Source of the DNA: Escherichia coli | Lineage (GTDB): Bacteria; Pseudomonadota; Gammaproteobacteria; Enterobacterales; Enterobacteriaceae | Direction: 5' to 3' (one strand) | Length of the DNA: 64,000 nt | Assembly (NCBI RefSeq): GCF_003018255.1 | Contig: NZ_CP027440.1 | In this document: in pieces, positions 26,064-39,097 of the stretch | How positions within the stretch are numbered: the first letter of the stretch is position 1 | Layout of the letters: each line of letters starts with the position of its first letter | Notes under the pieces: generated by a model | The model's input: the letters and a program-made list of their open reading frames with translations, nothing else | Databases searched by the model: none | Told to the model about the DNA's origin: nothing | Translations under genes and position numbers: made by a program

Positions 26064-26082
26064 ATGTTTCATAGTGAAACAT
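26064..26082. promoter_or_regulatory. Perfect palindrome in the dhaK-dhaR divergent region (candidate DhaR operator)
   Basis: ATGTTTCA-TAG-TGAAACAT, a 19-bp perfect inverted repeat upstream of dhaK; a related half-site repeat GTTCCATATTGAAAC follows. Confidence 0.5.
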
Positions 26083-26175
26083 ATTCTTTAATGAATGTTC
26101 CATATTGAAACTTTTACGTGTATTAATACTTAAAATTGCGAGCCGGAACACCTTTTGTCATAAGGGATGCGGGAT

Positions 26176-28095
26176 ATGAGTAGCGCTTTTAACAACGATG
26201 GTCGGGACATATCTCCCTTAATTGCAACCTCCTGGGAGCGATGCATTAAGCTGATGAAACGGGATACATGGAACGTACCACACCAGGCCCAGGGCGTGAC
26301 ATTTGCGTCTATTTATCGGCGTAAGAAAGCGATGCTGACGCTCGGGCAGGCTGCGCTGGAAGATGCCTGGGAATATATGGCACCGCGAGCGTGTGCGCTG
26401 CTTATCCTCGATGAAACCGCCTGCATTCTCAGCCGTAATGGCGATCCGCAAACCTTGCAGCAACTAAGTGCACTGGGATTCAATGACGGCACGTATTGCG
26501 CCGAGGGAATTATTGGTACTTGTGCGCTATCGTTAGCGGCTATCTCTGGTCAGGCCGTGAAAACGATGGCCGATCAACATTTCAAACAGGCACTCTGGAA
26601 CTGGGCCTTTTGTGCAACGCCGTTGTTTGACAGCAAGGGCCGATTGACGGGAACAATAGCGCTGGCGTGTCCGGTTGAGCAAACTACCGCAGCTGATTTG
26701 CCGTTGACGTTGGCAATCGCACGCGAGGTCGGAAATTTACTGCTGACGGACAGTTTGCTCGCTGAAACTAACCGTCATTTAAATCAACTTAATGCCCTGT
26801 TAGAAAGTATGGATGATGGCGTGATTAGCTGGGACGAGCAGGGTAATTTGCAATTTATTAATGCCCAGGCGGCGCGGGTCTTACGCCTTGACGCGACGGC
26901 AAGTCAGGGACGGGCAATCACTGAACTCTTAACGTTACCCGCCGTATTGCAACAAGCAATAAAACAGGCACATCCGCTCAAACACGTAGAAGCAACCTTT
27001 GAAAGCCAGCACCAGTTTATTGATGCGGTGATAACCCTTAAACCGATAATAGAAACGCAGGGAACCAGCTTTATTTTGTTGCTCCATCCTGTGGAACAGA
27101 TGCGGCAGTTAATGACCAGTCAATTAGGAAAAGTCAGCCATACTTTCGCTCATATGCCACAAGAGGATCCGCAAACCCGCCGTTTGATTCATTTTGGTCG
27201 CCAGGCGGCGCGCAGTAGCTTTCCTGTCCTGCTTTGTGGAGAAGAGGGCGTGGGCAAGGCACTGCTAAGTCAGGCAATTCATAATGAAAGTGAGCGTGCA
27301 GCAGGGCCTTATATCGCCGTCAATTGTGAGTTATATGGTGATGCGGCGCTGGCGGAAGAATTTATTGGCGGCGATCGCACGGACAATGAAAATGGTCGTT
27401 TGAGTCGACTGGAACTGGCGCACGGCGGCACGCTGTTTCTTGAAAAGATTGAATATCTGGCGGTGGAGTTACAGTCTGCTTTGCTTCAGGTTATCAAGCA
27501 GGGTGTTATCACGCGACTGGATGCGCGGCGTTTAATACCCATTGATGTCAAAGTGATTGCCACAACGACCGCGGACCTGGCAATGCTGGTGGAACAAAAT
27601 CGTTTTAGTCGCCAGCTGTATTACGCGCTGCATGCATTTGAAATTACCATCCCGCCTCTGCGTATGCGGCGTGGCAGCATTCCGGCGCTGGTGAATAACA
27701 AATTACACAGTCTTGAAAAACGCTTCTCTACGCGGCTGAAAATTGATGACGATGCCCTCGCTCGCCTGGTTTCCTGTGCATGGCCTGGCAACGATTTTGA
27801 ACTTTACAGCGTCATCGAGAATCTTGCTCTGAGTAGTGATAACGGGCGCATTCGCGTCAGTGATTTACCTGAACATCTCTTTACCGAGCAGGCGACAGAT
27901 GATGTCAGCGCCACTCGCCTTTCCACCAGTCTGTCATTTGCGGAAGTTGAAAAAGAGGCAATTATTAACGCAGCCCAGGTCACAGGCGGTCGCATTCAGG
28001 AAATGTCGGCTTTACTTGGAATCGGCCGCACTACGCTGTGGCGGAAAATGAAGCAACATGGCATTGATGCAGGGCAGTTTAAGCGCCGTGGATAG
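26176..28095 (+). CDS. dhaR: DhaR, sigma-54-type AAA+ transcriptional activator of dhaKLM
   Basis: 639-aa ORF with GAF/PAS N-terminal region, an AAA+ core with a degenerate Walker A (GEEGVGKAL, Thr replaced by Ala) and a C-terminal Fis-type HTH; divergent from dhaK. Confidence 0.9.
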   Translation: MSSAFNNDGRDISPLIATSWERCIKLMKRDTWNVPHQAQGVTFASIYRRKKAMLTLGQAALEDAWEYMAPRACALLILDETACILSRNGDPQTLQQLSALGFNDGTYCAEGIIGTCALSLAAISGQAVKTMADQHFKQALWNWAFCATPLFDSKGRLTGTIALACPVEQTTAADLPLTLAIAREVGNLLLTDSLLAETNRHLNQLNALLESMDDGVISWDEQGNLQFINAQAARVLRLDATASQGRAITELLTLPAVLQQAIKQAHPLKHVEATFESQHQFIDAVITLKPIIETQGTSFILLLHPVEQMRQLMTSQLGKVSHTFAHMPQEDPQTRRLIHFGRQAARSSFPVLLCGEEGVGKALLSQAIHNESERAAGPYIAVNCELYGDAALAEEFIGGDRTDNENGRLSRLELAHGGTLFLEKIEYLAVELQSALLQVIKQGVITRLDARRLIPIDVKVIATTTADLAMLVEQNRFSRQLYYALHAFEITIPPLRMRRGSIPALVNNKLHSLEKRFSTRLKIDDDALARLVSCAWPGNDFELYSVIENLALSSDNGRIRVSDLPEHLFTEQATDDVSATRLSTSLSFAEVEKEAIINAAQVTGGRIQEMSALLGIGRTTLWRKMKQHGIDAGQFKRRG

Positions 28096-28131
28096 CGGGA
28101 GAGTATGTACTTTCCCGCTATGAATTGCTAA

Positions 28132-28308
28132 TTAATAGCGACCATGACTGCCGTGATTTGGTCCACCATTTGAAGGTGGCATTGGCTTACCGGAGGGCGC
28201 AGGACCACGAGGGCCATCGCTGTGGCGGTGATGATGGTGGGGAACACAAGCACTTAACAGGCTCGCAAAGACAATTGCTAACAGGCTGAAGGTAAATGTT
28301 TTTTTCAT
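28132..28308 (-). CDS. Small putative lipoprotein, His/Pro/Gly-rich (58 aa)
   Basis: MKKTFTFSLLAIVFASLLSAC with an LSAC lipobox, then CVPHHHHRHSDGPRGPAPSGKPMPPSNGGPNHGSHGRY; sits in the dhaR-ychF gap where I recall ycgV in K-12. Confidence 0.4.
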   Translation of the reverse strand: MKKTFTFSLLAIVFASLLSACVPHHHHRHSDGPRGPAPSGKPMPPSNGGPNHGSHGRY

Positions 28309-28498
28309 GACAAACTCTTGAACGGTTAATGCACTGTGATTGTTATCACATAAAAGGCACATTGTTAATATTGCCAGGAGTCTGATTATGATTTTCGATA
28401 ACTCAGAATTGAAAGAAGCCGCGTAGCAGGCGTAAAAAAGCCATTATGTGCGACTCACATAATGGCTCATTATTAACCGTCAGGGTATTACGTGGAAT

Positions 28499-29590
28499 TT
28501 AGACGTTGAACAGGAAGTTCATCACATCGCCATCTTTAACGATGTAATCTTTACCTTCTGCACGCATTTTGCCTGCTTCTTTCGCGCCTTGTTCACCTTT
28601 GTAAGTGATGAAATCTTCAAACGAGATAGTCTGTGCGCGGATAAAGCCTTTTTCGAAATCGGTATGGATTTTGCCAGCCGCTTGCGGTGCAGTTGCGCCG
28701 ACGGGGATGGTCCATGCGCGCACTTCTTTCACCCCAGCGGTGAAGTAAGTTTGCAGGTTCAGCAGTTTATAACCGGCACGGATCACACGGTTCAGGCCCG
28801 GCTCTTCCAGTCCCAGTTCCTGCATAAACTCTTCACGTTCTTCATCGTCCAGTTCGGCAATGTCTGCTTCAACAGCTGCACAAACCGGAACCACAACAGA
28901 ACCTTCTTTCGCCGCGATTTCACGCACCTGGTCAAGATACGGGTTGTTTTCAAAACCGTCTTCGTTGACGTTGGCGATGTACATCGTCGGTTTCAGCGTC
29001 AGGAAGCTCAGGTAACGAATAGCCGCTTTTTCTTCTGCGCTTAAATCCAGCGCGCGCAGCATGCCCGCGTTTTCCAGCTGTGGAAGGCATTTTTCCAGTA
29101 CTGCCAGTTCGGCTTTCGCGTCTTTATCGCCGCCTTTGGCTTTCTTCTGTACGCGGTGAATCGCGCGCTCGCAGGTGTCGAGATCCGCCAGTGCCAGTTC
29201 GGTATTGATAACTTCAATATCGTCCGCCGGGTTAACTTTACCGGAAACGTGAATGATATTGTCATTCTCAAAGCAGCGAACAACGTGGCCGATCGCTTCG
29301 GTTTCACGAATGTTGGTCAGGAACTGGTTACCCAGACCTTCACCTTTCGACGCGCCCTTTACCAGACCGGCGATATCGACAAATTCCATGGTAGTGGGAA
29401 GCGTACGCTGCGGTTTTACGATTTCAGCCAGTTGATCCAGGCGAGGGTCAGGCATTGGTACGACGCCCGTGTTCGGCTCAATGGTACAGAATGGAAAGTT
29501 GGCCGCTTCAATACCGGCTTTGGTCAGCGCGTTGAACAGGGTAGATTTCCCGACGTTGGGCAAACCGACGATACCGCATTTGAATCCCAT
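28499..29590 (-). CDS. ychF: YchF, ribosome-associated ATPase/GTPase (Obg family)
   Basis: 363-aa ORF with P-loop GLPNVGKST at the N-terminus. Confidence 0.95.
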   Translation of the reverse strand: MGFKCGIVGLPNVGKSTLFNALTKAGIEAANFPFCTIEPNTGVVPMPDPRLDQLAEIVKPQRTLPTTMEFVDIAGLVKGASKGEGLGNQFLTNIRETEAIGHVVRCFENDNIIHVSGKVNPADDIEVINTELALADLDTCERAIHRVQKKAKGGDKDAKAELAVLEKCLPQLENAGMLRALDLSAEEKAAIRYLSFLTLKPTMYIANVNEDGFENNPYLDQVREIAAKEGSVVVPVCAAVEADIAELDDEEREEFMQELGLEEPGLNRVIRAGYKLLNLQTYFTAGVKEVRAWTIPVGATAPQAAGKIHTDFEKGFIRAQTISFEDFITYKGEQGAKEAGKMRAEGKDYIVKDGDVMNFLFNV

Positions 29591-29706
29591 GATTTAAATC
29601 ACCTTAATATCTTAATAATCAACCTGTTATTGCTAACAGATTGCAGAAATGGAAATAACTTTGCCTATTATACACGGCACTCGGCAAAAATGCCGCAGAC
29701 AACGAC

Positions 29707-30291
29707 TTATTGCGCTTTAAAGGCGTGCAATCGGTTCGTTGCTTTGGTCAAGCCATCTGTAAACCATATTTCAGTACAACGTGCCGCTTCGTCGATGGCT
29801 TCATCAATTAACTTCTGTTCACTAACAGGCGGTTTGCCTAACACAAAACCGACAACTTTATTTTTATCGCCTGGATGACCAATTCCGATGCGTAAACGGT
29901 GAAAGTTAGGGTTATTACCCAATTTACTGATGATGTCTTTCAGTCCATTGTGACCACCATGGCCACCGCCCAACTTAAATTTGGCGACGCCAGGAGGCAG
30001 ATCCAGTTCGTCGTGGGCCACCAGAATCTCGTCCGGATTAATGCGGAAAAAACTGGCCATCGCCGCAACGGCTTTGCCGCTGAGATTCATAAATGTAGTC
30101 GGGACTAACAGGCGGACATCTTCGCCTCCAAGGGTGACTCGCGAAGTATAACCAAAGAATTTAGCCTCTTCGCGCAGCGGAGCGCGCAATCGCTCTGCCA
30201 GTAAGTCAACGAACCAGGCACCAGCATTATGTCGCGTTGCGGCGTATTCAGCGCCGGGGTTCGCCAGGCCGACAATCAATTTAATCGTCAC
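29707..30291 (-). CDS. pth: Peptidyl-tRNA hydrolase
   Basis: 194-aa [30 protein letters not shown] recognised as Pth. Confidence 0.95.
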   Translation of the reverse strand: MTIKLIVGLANPGAEYAATRHNAGAWFVDLLAERLRAPLREEAKFFGYTSRVTLGGEDVRLLVPTTFMNLSGKAVAAMASFFRINPDEILVAHDELDLPPGVAKFKLGGGHGGHNGLKDIISKLGNNPNFHRLRIGIGHPGDKNKVVGFVLGKPPVSEQKLIDEAIDEAARCTEIWFTDGLTKATNRLHAFKAQ

Positions 30292-30568
30292 GTTTTTTTG
30301 TCCTGAGTGTGTACATAACTGGCGCGTAGTTTACTGTTTGCGGCCCCGCTTGACAAAAAACTGCGTATCAAATGCAGATAACGCAATAATTGCCTAAGTG
30401 GACTATTAGAAAGTCAAGGTGTTCAGGCGTTTATTTGTAAAGTTTTGTTGAAATAAGGGTTGTAATTGTGATCACGCCCGCACATAACCCACAGGGTGTT
30501 GTCTATACTTTACACATAAGGAAGAGGGGTATTCCCTGTTACAACCCAGAAAGTTCCGGAGGTGACAT

Positions 30569-30847
30569 ATGAAACGCAAAAACGCTTCGTTACTCGGTAA
30601 CGTGCTCATGGGGTTGGGTCTGGTGGTAATGGTGGTCGGCGTGGGGTATTCAATCCTCAACCAGTTACCACAGTTTAATATGCCCCAGTATTTCGCACAT
30701 GGTGCAGTGCTAAGTATTTTCGTCGGTGCCATTCTCTGGCTGGCGGGTGCCCGTGTTGGCGGGCATGAACAGGTGTGCGACCGTTACTGGTGGGTTCGCC
30801 ACTATGACAAACGTTGCCGCCGTAGCGATAATCGCCGTCATAGCTAA
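30569..30847 (+). CDS. ychH: YchH, small stress-induced inner membrane protein
   Basis: 92-aa ORF with two hydrophobic segments, divergent from pth as in K-12. Confidence 0.85.
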   Translation: MKRKNASLLGNVLMGLGLVVMVVGVGYSILNQLPQFNMPQYFAHGAVLSIFVGAILWLAGARVGGHEQVCDRYWWVRHYDKRCRRSDNRRHS

Positions 30848-30901
30848 CAAATAATGCGGTTTGCTGACCAGTCAGTTTGCGCTGACTGGTCAATTTCGTA
30901 C

Positions 30902-32581
30902 TTATAAATCCGCCATCGCCGCGCGACGATTCGGGAAGAACGCCAGGCGTCCCGGGATCGGTTGAATGCCTGCGCGAGCCATAGTGCGCAGTGGCTGGAA
31001 TTCCACGTTGCACACGCGCAGTTCACATCCTTCGGGTAGACGCTTCACAAAACGCTGGAACGCATCAAGACCACCAGCATCAAGTACCGGAACGGCATCC
31101 CACTTCAGAATCACAATCCGTTTGCCTTCAAGACGTGACTCCAGGTCCGTGAACAAGCCTTCAGCGGCAGCAAAGAACAGCGGGCCAATAACGCGCAGAA
31201 CCAGAACATCGTCTGGAACGTCTACGACTACCGGTGCCAGGCGAGTCATACGTGCGATACGACGCATAAACAGTAGCGATGCCAGCACGATCCCCACGCT
31301 GATGGCAATAACCATATCAAACAGCACGGTCAGCGACATGCACAGCAGCATGACGATGATGTCATCTTTCGGCGCATGACGCAGCAAGTCGACCACTTTG
31401 TGCGCTTCACTCATGTTCCACGCCACCATCAACAGCAGGGCAGCCATGGCGGAAAGAGGCAGCCAGGAGAGCAGCGGTGCCAGTACCAGCAGGGCAAGAA
31501 TAACCAGAATAGAGTGGATCACCGCCGAGATAGGGGAAGTTGCCCCGGCACGGACGTTAGCGGCAGAACGCGCGATGGCAGCTGTAGCGGTAATACCACC
31601 AAAGAACGGAGCGATGATATTCCCCAGTCCCTGTCCAACCAGTTCACTGTTCGCTTTGTGTTTCGTCCCGGTCATACCATCCAGCACCACGGCGCAGAGC
31701 AGTGATTCAATTGCCCCTAACATCGCCATCGAAAATGCTGCCGGAAGCAGAGTGCGAATGGAGTCCCAGGTGAGGGTAAATTCGGAATTGGGCAGGTCCC
31801 ACGGCAGTACCAGTTGCGGCAGCAGTTGCGGAATACCGTTACCCTGAGAACCATCGGCCAGAACGTAGTGGAATTGCGAACCGATGGTAGCAACATGTCC
31901 GCCGAGCAGGTTAACAATCCCCATCACCGCGCAACCAGCCAGCAAGGCCGGAAGGTGACCGGGTAAACGAATGCCCAGACGTGGCCAGAAAACCAGAATG
32001 CCAAGCGTCACAATGCCAATGGCAGCATCACCCACATTAATGGTCGGCAACGCCATAAATAATGCGCCGACTTTTTGTAGATAATGTTCAGGGACATGGG
32101 CCATTTGCAGACCGAGAAAATCTTTAATCTGCATGGTACCGATGGTGATCCCGATACCGGAAGTAAAACCTAAGGTAACGGAAACCGGAATATATTCAAT
32201 CAAGCGTCCAAAACGTGCCAGCCCCATCAGGATCAAAAAGACACCTGACATGAGTGTCGCGACCAGCAGTCCTGCCAGTCCAAACTGTTGCGAAACGGGA
32301 TAGAGAATTACCACAAATGCCGCAGTCGGACCGGAAACGCTAAAGCGTGACCCACCCGTCAGAGCAATGACAATCCCCGCAACAGCTGCGGTATATAAAC
32401 CGTACTGGGGTGCCACACCACTACCAATAGCCAACGCCATTGCCAGCGGGATAGCAATAATCCCGACGGTTATCCCGGCAATCAGGTCACGGGTAAACCG
32501 TGCGGCAGTATATTTTTCTTTCCAGCAAGCGTCGATCAGAGCGCGGAAAGGCATCACATGTGAGGAAAATATTTTGTTCAC
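30902..32581 (-). CDS. dauA: DauA (YchM), SLC26/SulP-family C4-dicarboxylate transporter with STAS domain
   Basis: 559-aa membrane protein with a C-terminal STAS-like domain, at the K-12 position next to prs. Confidence 0.9.
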   Translation of the reverse strand: MNKIFSSHVMPFRALIDACWKEKYTAARFTRDLIAGITVGIIAIPLAMALAIGSGVAPQYGLYTAAVAGIVIALTGGSRFSVSGPTAAFVVILYPVSQQFGLAGLLVATLMSGVFLILMGLARFGRLIEYIPVSVTLGFTSGIGITIGTMQIKDFLGLQMAHVPEHYLQKVGALFMALPTINVGDAAIGIVTLGILVFWPRLGIRLPGHLPALLAGCAVMGIVNLLGGHVATIGSQFHYVLADGSQGNGIPQLLPQLVLPWDLPNSEFTLTWDSIRTLLPAAFSMAMLGAIESLLCAVVLDGMTGTKHKANSELVGQGLGNIIAPFFGGITATAAIARSAANVRAGATSPISAVIHSILVILALLVLAPLLSWLPLSAMAALLLMVAWNMSEAHKVVDLLRHAPKDDIIVMLLCMSLTVLFDMVIAISVGIVLASLLFMRRIARMTRLAPVVVDVPDDVLVLRVIGPLFFAAAEGLFTDLESRLEGKRIVILKWDAVPVLDAGGLDAFQRFVKRLPEGCELRVCNVEFQPLRTMARAGIQPIPGRLAFFPNRRAAMADL

Positions 32582-32705
32582 AATAATGTTTCATCCGTGA
32601 GCGCATCATCTGTCAACTAAATGGCAGGTGAAGGAGGCATAGGTCATACAAATGGATATTACAGACAAAAAAACCCGCCGCAGCGGGTCTTTGAGCCGGG
32701 TTCGA

Positions 32706-33779
<1,074 letters not shown>

Positions 33780-33803
33780 TCACCGAAACTCAGCTTGCCC
33801 GGC

Positions 33804-34654
33804 TTAAAGCATGGCTCTGTGCAATGGGGAAAGATTAACGCCTTTCGCCACAAAGCCATTGAGCCATTCCGGGGCTTGCTCTAGCACCTGGCGGGCTTCA
33901 GACTCTGTATCAAATTCAGCAAAGACACAGGCCCCTGTCCCAGTCAGGCGCGACGGGGCGTATTCTAACAGCCAGGAAAGCACCGCATCAACCTCGCGAA
34001 AACGTTTTCTTGCGATAACCTCGCAATCATTGCTGAATTCACATTTTAGCAACGTTTCTATTGACCTTTTTGGCGTATTGCGCGGGAGTTCAGGATCTTT
34101 AAAAATCACCGGTGTCGGAATACTTACACCAGGGTGCGCCACCAAGTACCACTTCTCTGGCGGATCCACCGGCGTTAGTATTTCACCAACGCCTTCGGCA
34201 AACGCGGCATGCCCCCGAACAAAGACAGGAACATCTGCGCCCAGCGTCAGCCCCATTTCCGCCAGCTCATCCATGCTTAGCCCGCATTGCCAGAGATGGT
34301 TTAATGCCACCAGCACCGTCGCGGCATTGGATGAACCACCACCCAGACCGCCGCCCATCGGCAAACGCTTGTCAATACTGATTTCTGCACCGCTTCCCGT
34401 AGGAAGACGCCCGCTGTCTGCCGCTGTTTTCATCAGCAACCGTGCTGCGCGAACGATCAGGTTATCTTCATGTTCCACGCCTTCAACGGGTGTTAACAGA
34501 CGAATATCCCCATCGTCACGAAGCTCAATGCTGATGGTGTCGCCGTAATCCAGGAACTGAAACAGCGTTTGCAGCGTGTGGTAACCGTCCGCACGCTGAC
34601 CGGTAATGTATAAAAACAGATTAAGTTTTGCCGGAGAGGGCCACTGTGTCCGCA

Positions 34655-34655
<1 letters not shown>
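33804..34655 (-). CDS. ispE: 4-diphosphocytidyl-2-C-methyl-D-erythritol kinase
   Basis: 283-aa GHMP-kinase [29 protein letters not shown] recognised as IspE. Confidence 0.95.
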
Positions 34656-35347
<692 letters not shown>

Positions 35348-35491
35348 CTATGTTCAAGTTGTCTTAATTGCCAGAATCTAACGGCTTTCGGCAATTACTC
35401 CAAAAGGGGGCGCTCTCTTTTATTGATCTTACGCATCCTGTATGATGCAAGCAGACTAACCCTATCAACGTTGGTATTATTTCCCGCAGAC

Positions 35492-36748
35492 ATGACCCTT
35501 TTAGCACTCGGTATCAACCATAAAACGGCACCTGTATCGCTGCGAGAACGTGTATCGTTTTCGCCGGATAAGCTCGATCAGGCGCTTGACAGCCTGCTTG
35601 CGCAGCCGATGGTGCAGGGCGGCGTGGTGCTGTCGACGTGCAATCGCACGGAACTTTATCTTAGCGTTGAAGAGCAGGATAACCTGCAAGAGGCGTTAAT
35701 CCGCTGGCTTTGCGATTATCACAATCTTAATGAAGAAGACCTGCGTAAAAGCCTCTACTGGCATCAGGATAACGACGCGGTTAGCCATTTAATGCGTGTT
35801 GCCAGCGGCCTGGATTCACTGGTTTTGGGGGAGCCGCAGATCCTCGGTCAGGTTAAAAAAGCGTTTGCCGATTCGCAAAAAGGCCATATGAAGGCCAGCG
35901 AACTGGAACGCATGTTTCAGAAATCTTTCTCTGTAGCGAAACGTGTTCGCACTGAAACAGATATCGGTGCCAGCGCTGTTTCTGTCGCTTTTGCGGCTTG
36001 TACGCTGGCGCGGCAGATCTTTGAATCGCTCTCTACGGTGACGGTACTGCTGGTGGGTGCGGGCGAAACCATCGAGCTGGTGGCGCGTCATCTGCGCGAA
36101 CACAAAGTACAGAAGATGATTATCGCCAACCGCACTCGCGAACGTGCCCAAATTCTGGCAGATGAAGTCGGCGCGGAAGTTATTGCCCTGAGTGATATCG
36201 ACGAACGTCTGCGCGAAGCCGATATCATCATCAGTTCCACCGCCAGCCCGTTACCGATTATCGGGAAAGGCATGGTGGAGCGCGCATTAAAAAGCCGTCG
36301 CAACCAACCAATGCTGTTGGTGGATATTGCCGTTCCGCGCGATGTTGAGCCGGAAGTTGGCAAACTGGCGAATGCTTATCTTTATAGCGTGGACGATCTG
36401 CAAAGCATCATTTCGCACAACCTGGCGCAGCGTAAAGCCGCAGCGGTTGAGGCGGAAACTATTGTCGCTCAGGAAACCAGCGAATTTATGGCGTGGCTGC
36501 GTGCACAAAGCGCCAGCGAAACCATTCGCGAGTATCGCAGCCAGGCAGAGCACGTTCGCGATGAGTTAACTGCCAAAGCGTTAGCGGCCCTTGAGCAGGG
36601 CGGTGACGCTCAAGCCATTATGCAGGATCTGGCATGGAAACTGACTAACCGCCTGATCCATGCGCCAACGAAATCACTTCAACAGGCCGCCCGTGACGGG
36701 GATAACGAACGCCTGAATATTCTGCGCGACGGCCTCGGGCTGGAGTAG
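35492..36748 (+). CDS. hemA: Glutamyl-tRNA reductase
   Basis: 418 aa from [21 protein letters not shown]; the track ORF carries a 66-codon upstream extension. Confidence 0.9.
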
Positions 36749-36789
36749 CAGTACATCATTTTCTTTTTTTACAGGGTGCATTTACGCCT

Positions 36790-37872
36790 ATGAAGCCTTC
36801 TATCGTTGCCAAACTGGAAGCCCTGCATGAACGCCATGAAGAAGTTCAGGCGTTGCTGGGTGACGCGCAAACTATCGCCGACCAGGAACGTTTTCGCGCA
36901 TTATCACGCGAATATGCGCAGTTAAGTGATGTTTCGCGCTGTTTTACCGACTGGCAACAGGTTCAGGAAGATATCGAAACCGCACAGATGATGCTCGACG
37001 ATCCTGAAATGCGTGAGATGGCGCAGGATGAACTGCGCGAAGCTAAAGAAAAAAGCGAGCAACTGGAACAGCAATTACAGGTTCTGTTACTACCAAAAGA
37101 TCCTGATGACGAACGTAACGCCTTCCTCGAAGTCCGTGCCGGAACCGGCGGCGACGAAGCGGCGCTCTTCGCTGGCGATCTGTTCCGTATGTACAGCCGT
37201 TACGCCGAAGCCCGCCGCTGGCGTGTAGAAATCATGAGCGCCAGCGAGGGTGAACATGGTGGTTATAAAGAGATCATCGCCAAAATTAGCGGTGATGGTG
37301 TATATGGTCGTTTGAAATTCGAATCTGGCGGTCATCGCGTGCAGCGTGTGCCTGCTACGGAATCGCAGGGTCGAATTCATACTTCCGCTTGTACCGTTGC
37401 GGTAATGCCAGAACTGCCTGACGCAGAACTGCCGGACATCAACCCAGCAGATTTGCGCATTGATACTTTCCGCTCGTCAGGGGCGGGTGGTCAGCACGTT
37501 AACACCACCGATTCGGCAATTCGTATTACTCACTTGCCGACCGGGATTGTTGTTGAATGTCAGGACGAACGTTCACAACATAAAAACAAAGCTAAAGCAC
37601 TTTCTGTACTCGGTGCTCGCATCCACGCTGCAGAAATGGCAAAACGGCAACAGGCCGAAGCGTCTACCCGTCGTAACCTGCTGGGGAGTGGCGATCGCAG
37701 CGACCGTAACCGTACTTACAACTTCCCACAGGGGCGCGTTACCGATCACCGCATCAACCTGACGCTCTACCGCCTGGATGAAGTGATGGAAGGTAAGCTG
37801 GATATGCTGATTGAACCGATTATCCAGGAACATCAGGCCGACCAACTGGCGGCGTTGTCCGAGCAGGAATAA
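36790..37872 (+). CDS. prfA: Peptide chain release factor 1
   Basis: 360-aa ORF with the GGQ motif (SGAGGQHVN) and the PxT-type stop-recognition motif (PAT). Confidence 0.95.
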
Positions 37873-38705
37873 TGGAATATCAACACTGGTTACGTGAAGC
37901 AATAAGCCAACTTCAGGCGAGCGAAAGCCCGCGGCGTGATGCTGAAATCCTGCTGGAGCATGTTACCGGCAGAGGGCGTACTTTTATTCTCGCCTTTGGT
38001 GAAACGCAGCTGACTGACGAACAATGTCAGCAACTTGATGCGCTACTGACGCGTCGTCGCGATGGTGAACCCATTGCTCATTTAACCGGGGTGCGAGAAT
38101 TCTGGTCGTTGCCGTTATTTGTTTCGCCAGCGACCTTAATTCCGCGCCCGGATACGGAGTGTCTGGTGGAGCAGGCACTGGCGCGGTTGCCTGAACAACC
38201 TTGCCGTATTCTCGATCTCGGGACGGGTACCGGGGCGATTGCGCTGGCGCTGGCCAGCGAGCGTCCGGACTGCGAAATTACCGCTGTAGATCGTATGCCA
38301 GATGCTGTCGCCCTGGCGCAACGTAATGCCCAGAATCTGGCGATCAAAAACATCCATATTCTGCAAAGCGACTGGTTTAGCGCGCTAGCCGGGCAGCAGT
38401 TTGCGATGATTGTCAGTAATCCGCCGTATATTGACGAGCAGGACCCACATCTTCAACAAGGCGATGTCCGCTTTGAGCCGCTCACTGCGCTGGTTGCGGC
38501 AGACAGTGGAATGGCAGACATCGTGCATATCATCGAACAGTCGCGTAACGCGCTGGTATCCGGCGGCTTTCTGCTTCTGGAACATGGTTGGCAGCAGGGC
38601 GAAGCGGTGCGACAGGCATTTATCCACGCGGGATATCATGACGTCGAAACCTGTCGGGACTATGGTGATAACGAGCGCGTAACGCTCGGCCGCTATTATC
38701 AATGA
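37872..38705 (+). CDS. prmC: PrmC (HemK), release-factor glutamine N5-methyltransferase
   Basis: 277-aa ORF with SAM motif ILDLGTGTGAIA and the NPPY catalytic motif; 1-nt overlap with prfA. Confidence 0.95.
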   Translation: MEYQHWLREAISQLQASESPRRDAEILLEHVTGRGRTFILAFGETQLTDEQCQQLDALLTRRRDGEPIAHLTGVREFWSLPLFVSPATLIPRPDTECLVEQALARLPEQPCRILDLGTGTGAIALALASERPDCEITAVDRMPDAVALAQRNAQNLAIKNIHILQSDWFSALAGQQFAMIVSNPPYIDEQDPHLQQGDVRFEPLTALVAADSGMADIVHIIEQSRNALVSGGFLLLEHGWQQGEAVRQAFIHAGYHDVETCRDYGDNERVTLGRYYQ

Positions 38706-39094
38706 CAAGTTTTTCTACACTGCTTAGTGTTCATCTTATTAGTATCGCGCTTTCAGTTGGGCTATTAACCTTACGTTTCTGGCTACGTTATCAGAAGCAT
38801 CCACAGGCATTTGCGCGCTGGACGCGCATTGTGCCGCCGGTTGTCGATACGCTGTTATTGTTAAGCGGCATTGCGTTGATGGCTAAAGCGCACATCCTGC
38901 CATTTTCCGGGCAGGCACAGTGGCTGACTGAAAAGCTGTTTGGAGTTATCATTTATATCGTTTTGGGTTTTATTGCACTCGATTATCGTCGTATGCACAG
39001 TCAGCAGGCGCGCATTATTGCCTTCCCGCTGGCGTTGGTGGTGCTGTACATCATCATTAAACTCGCCACCACAAAAGTACCGTTACTGGGGTAA
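38702..39094 (+). CDS. sirB2: SirB2 (YchQ) membrane protein
   Basis: 130-aa hydrophobic ORF overlapping the prmC stop, at the K-12 position. Confidence 0.8.
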   Translation: MTSFSTLLSVHLISIALSVGLLTLRFWLRYQKHPQAFARWTRIVPPVVDTLLLLSGIALMAKAHILPFSGQAQWLTEKLFGVIIYIVLGFIALDYRRMHSQQARIIAFPLALVVLYIIIKLATTKVPLLG

Positions 39095-39097
39095 GTC

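Noticed and set aside
33811-34548. 245-aa plus-strand ORF antisense to ispE
   Set aside because: Ser/Pro/Ala-rich low-complexity translation inside a conserved essential gene; treated as a spurious antisense frame.
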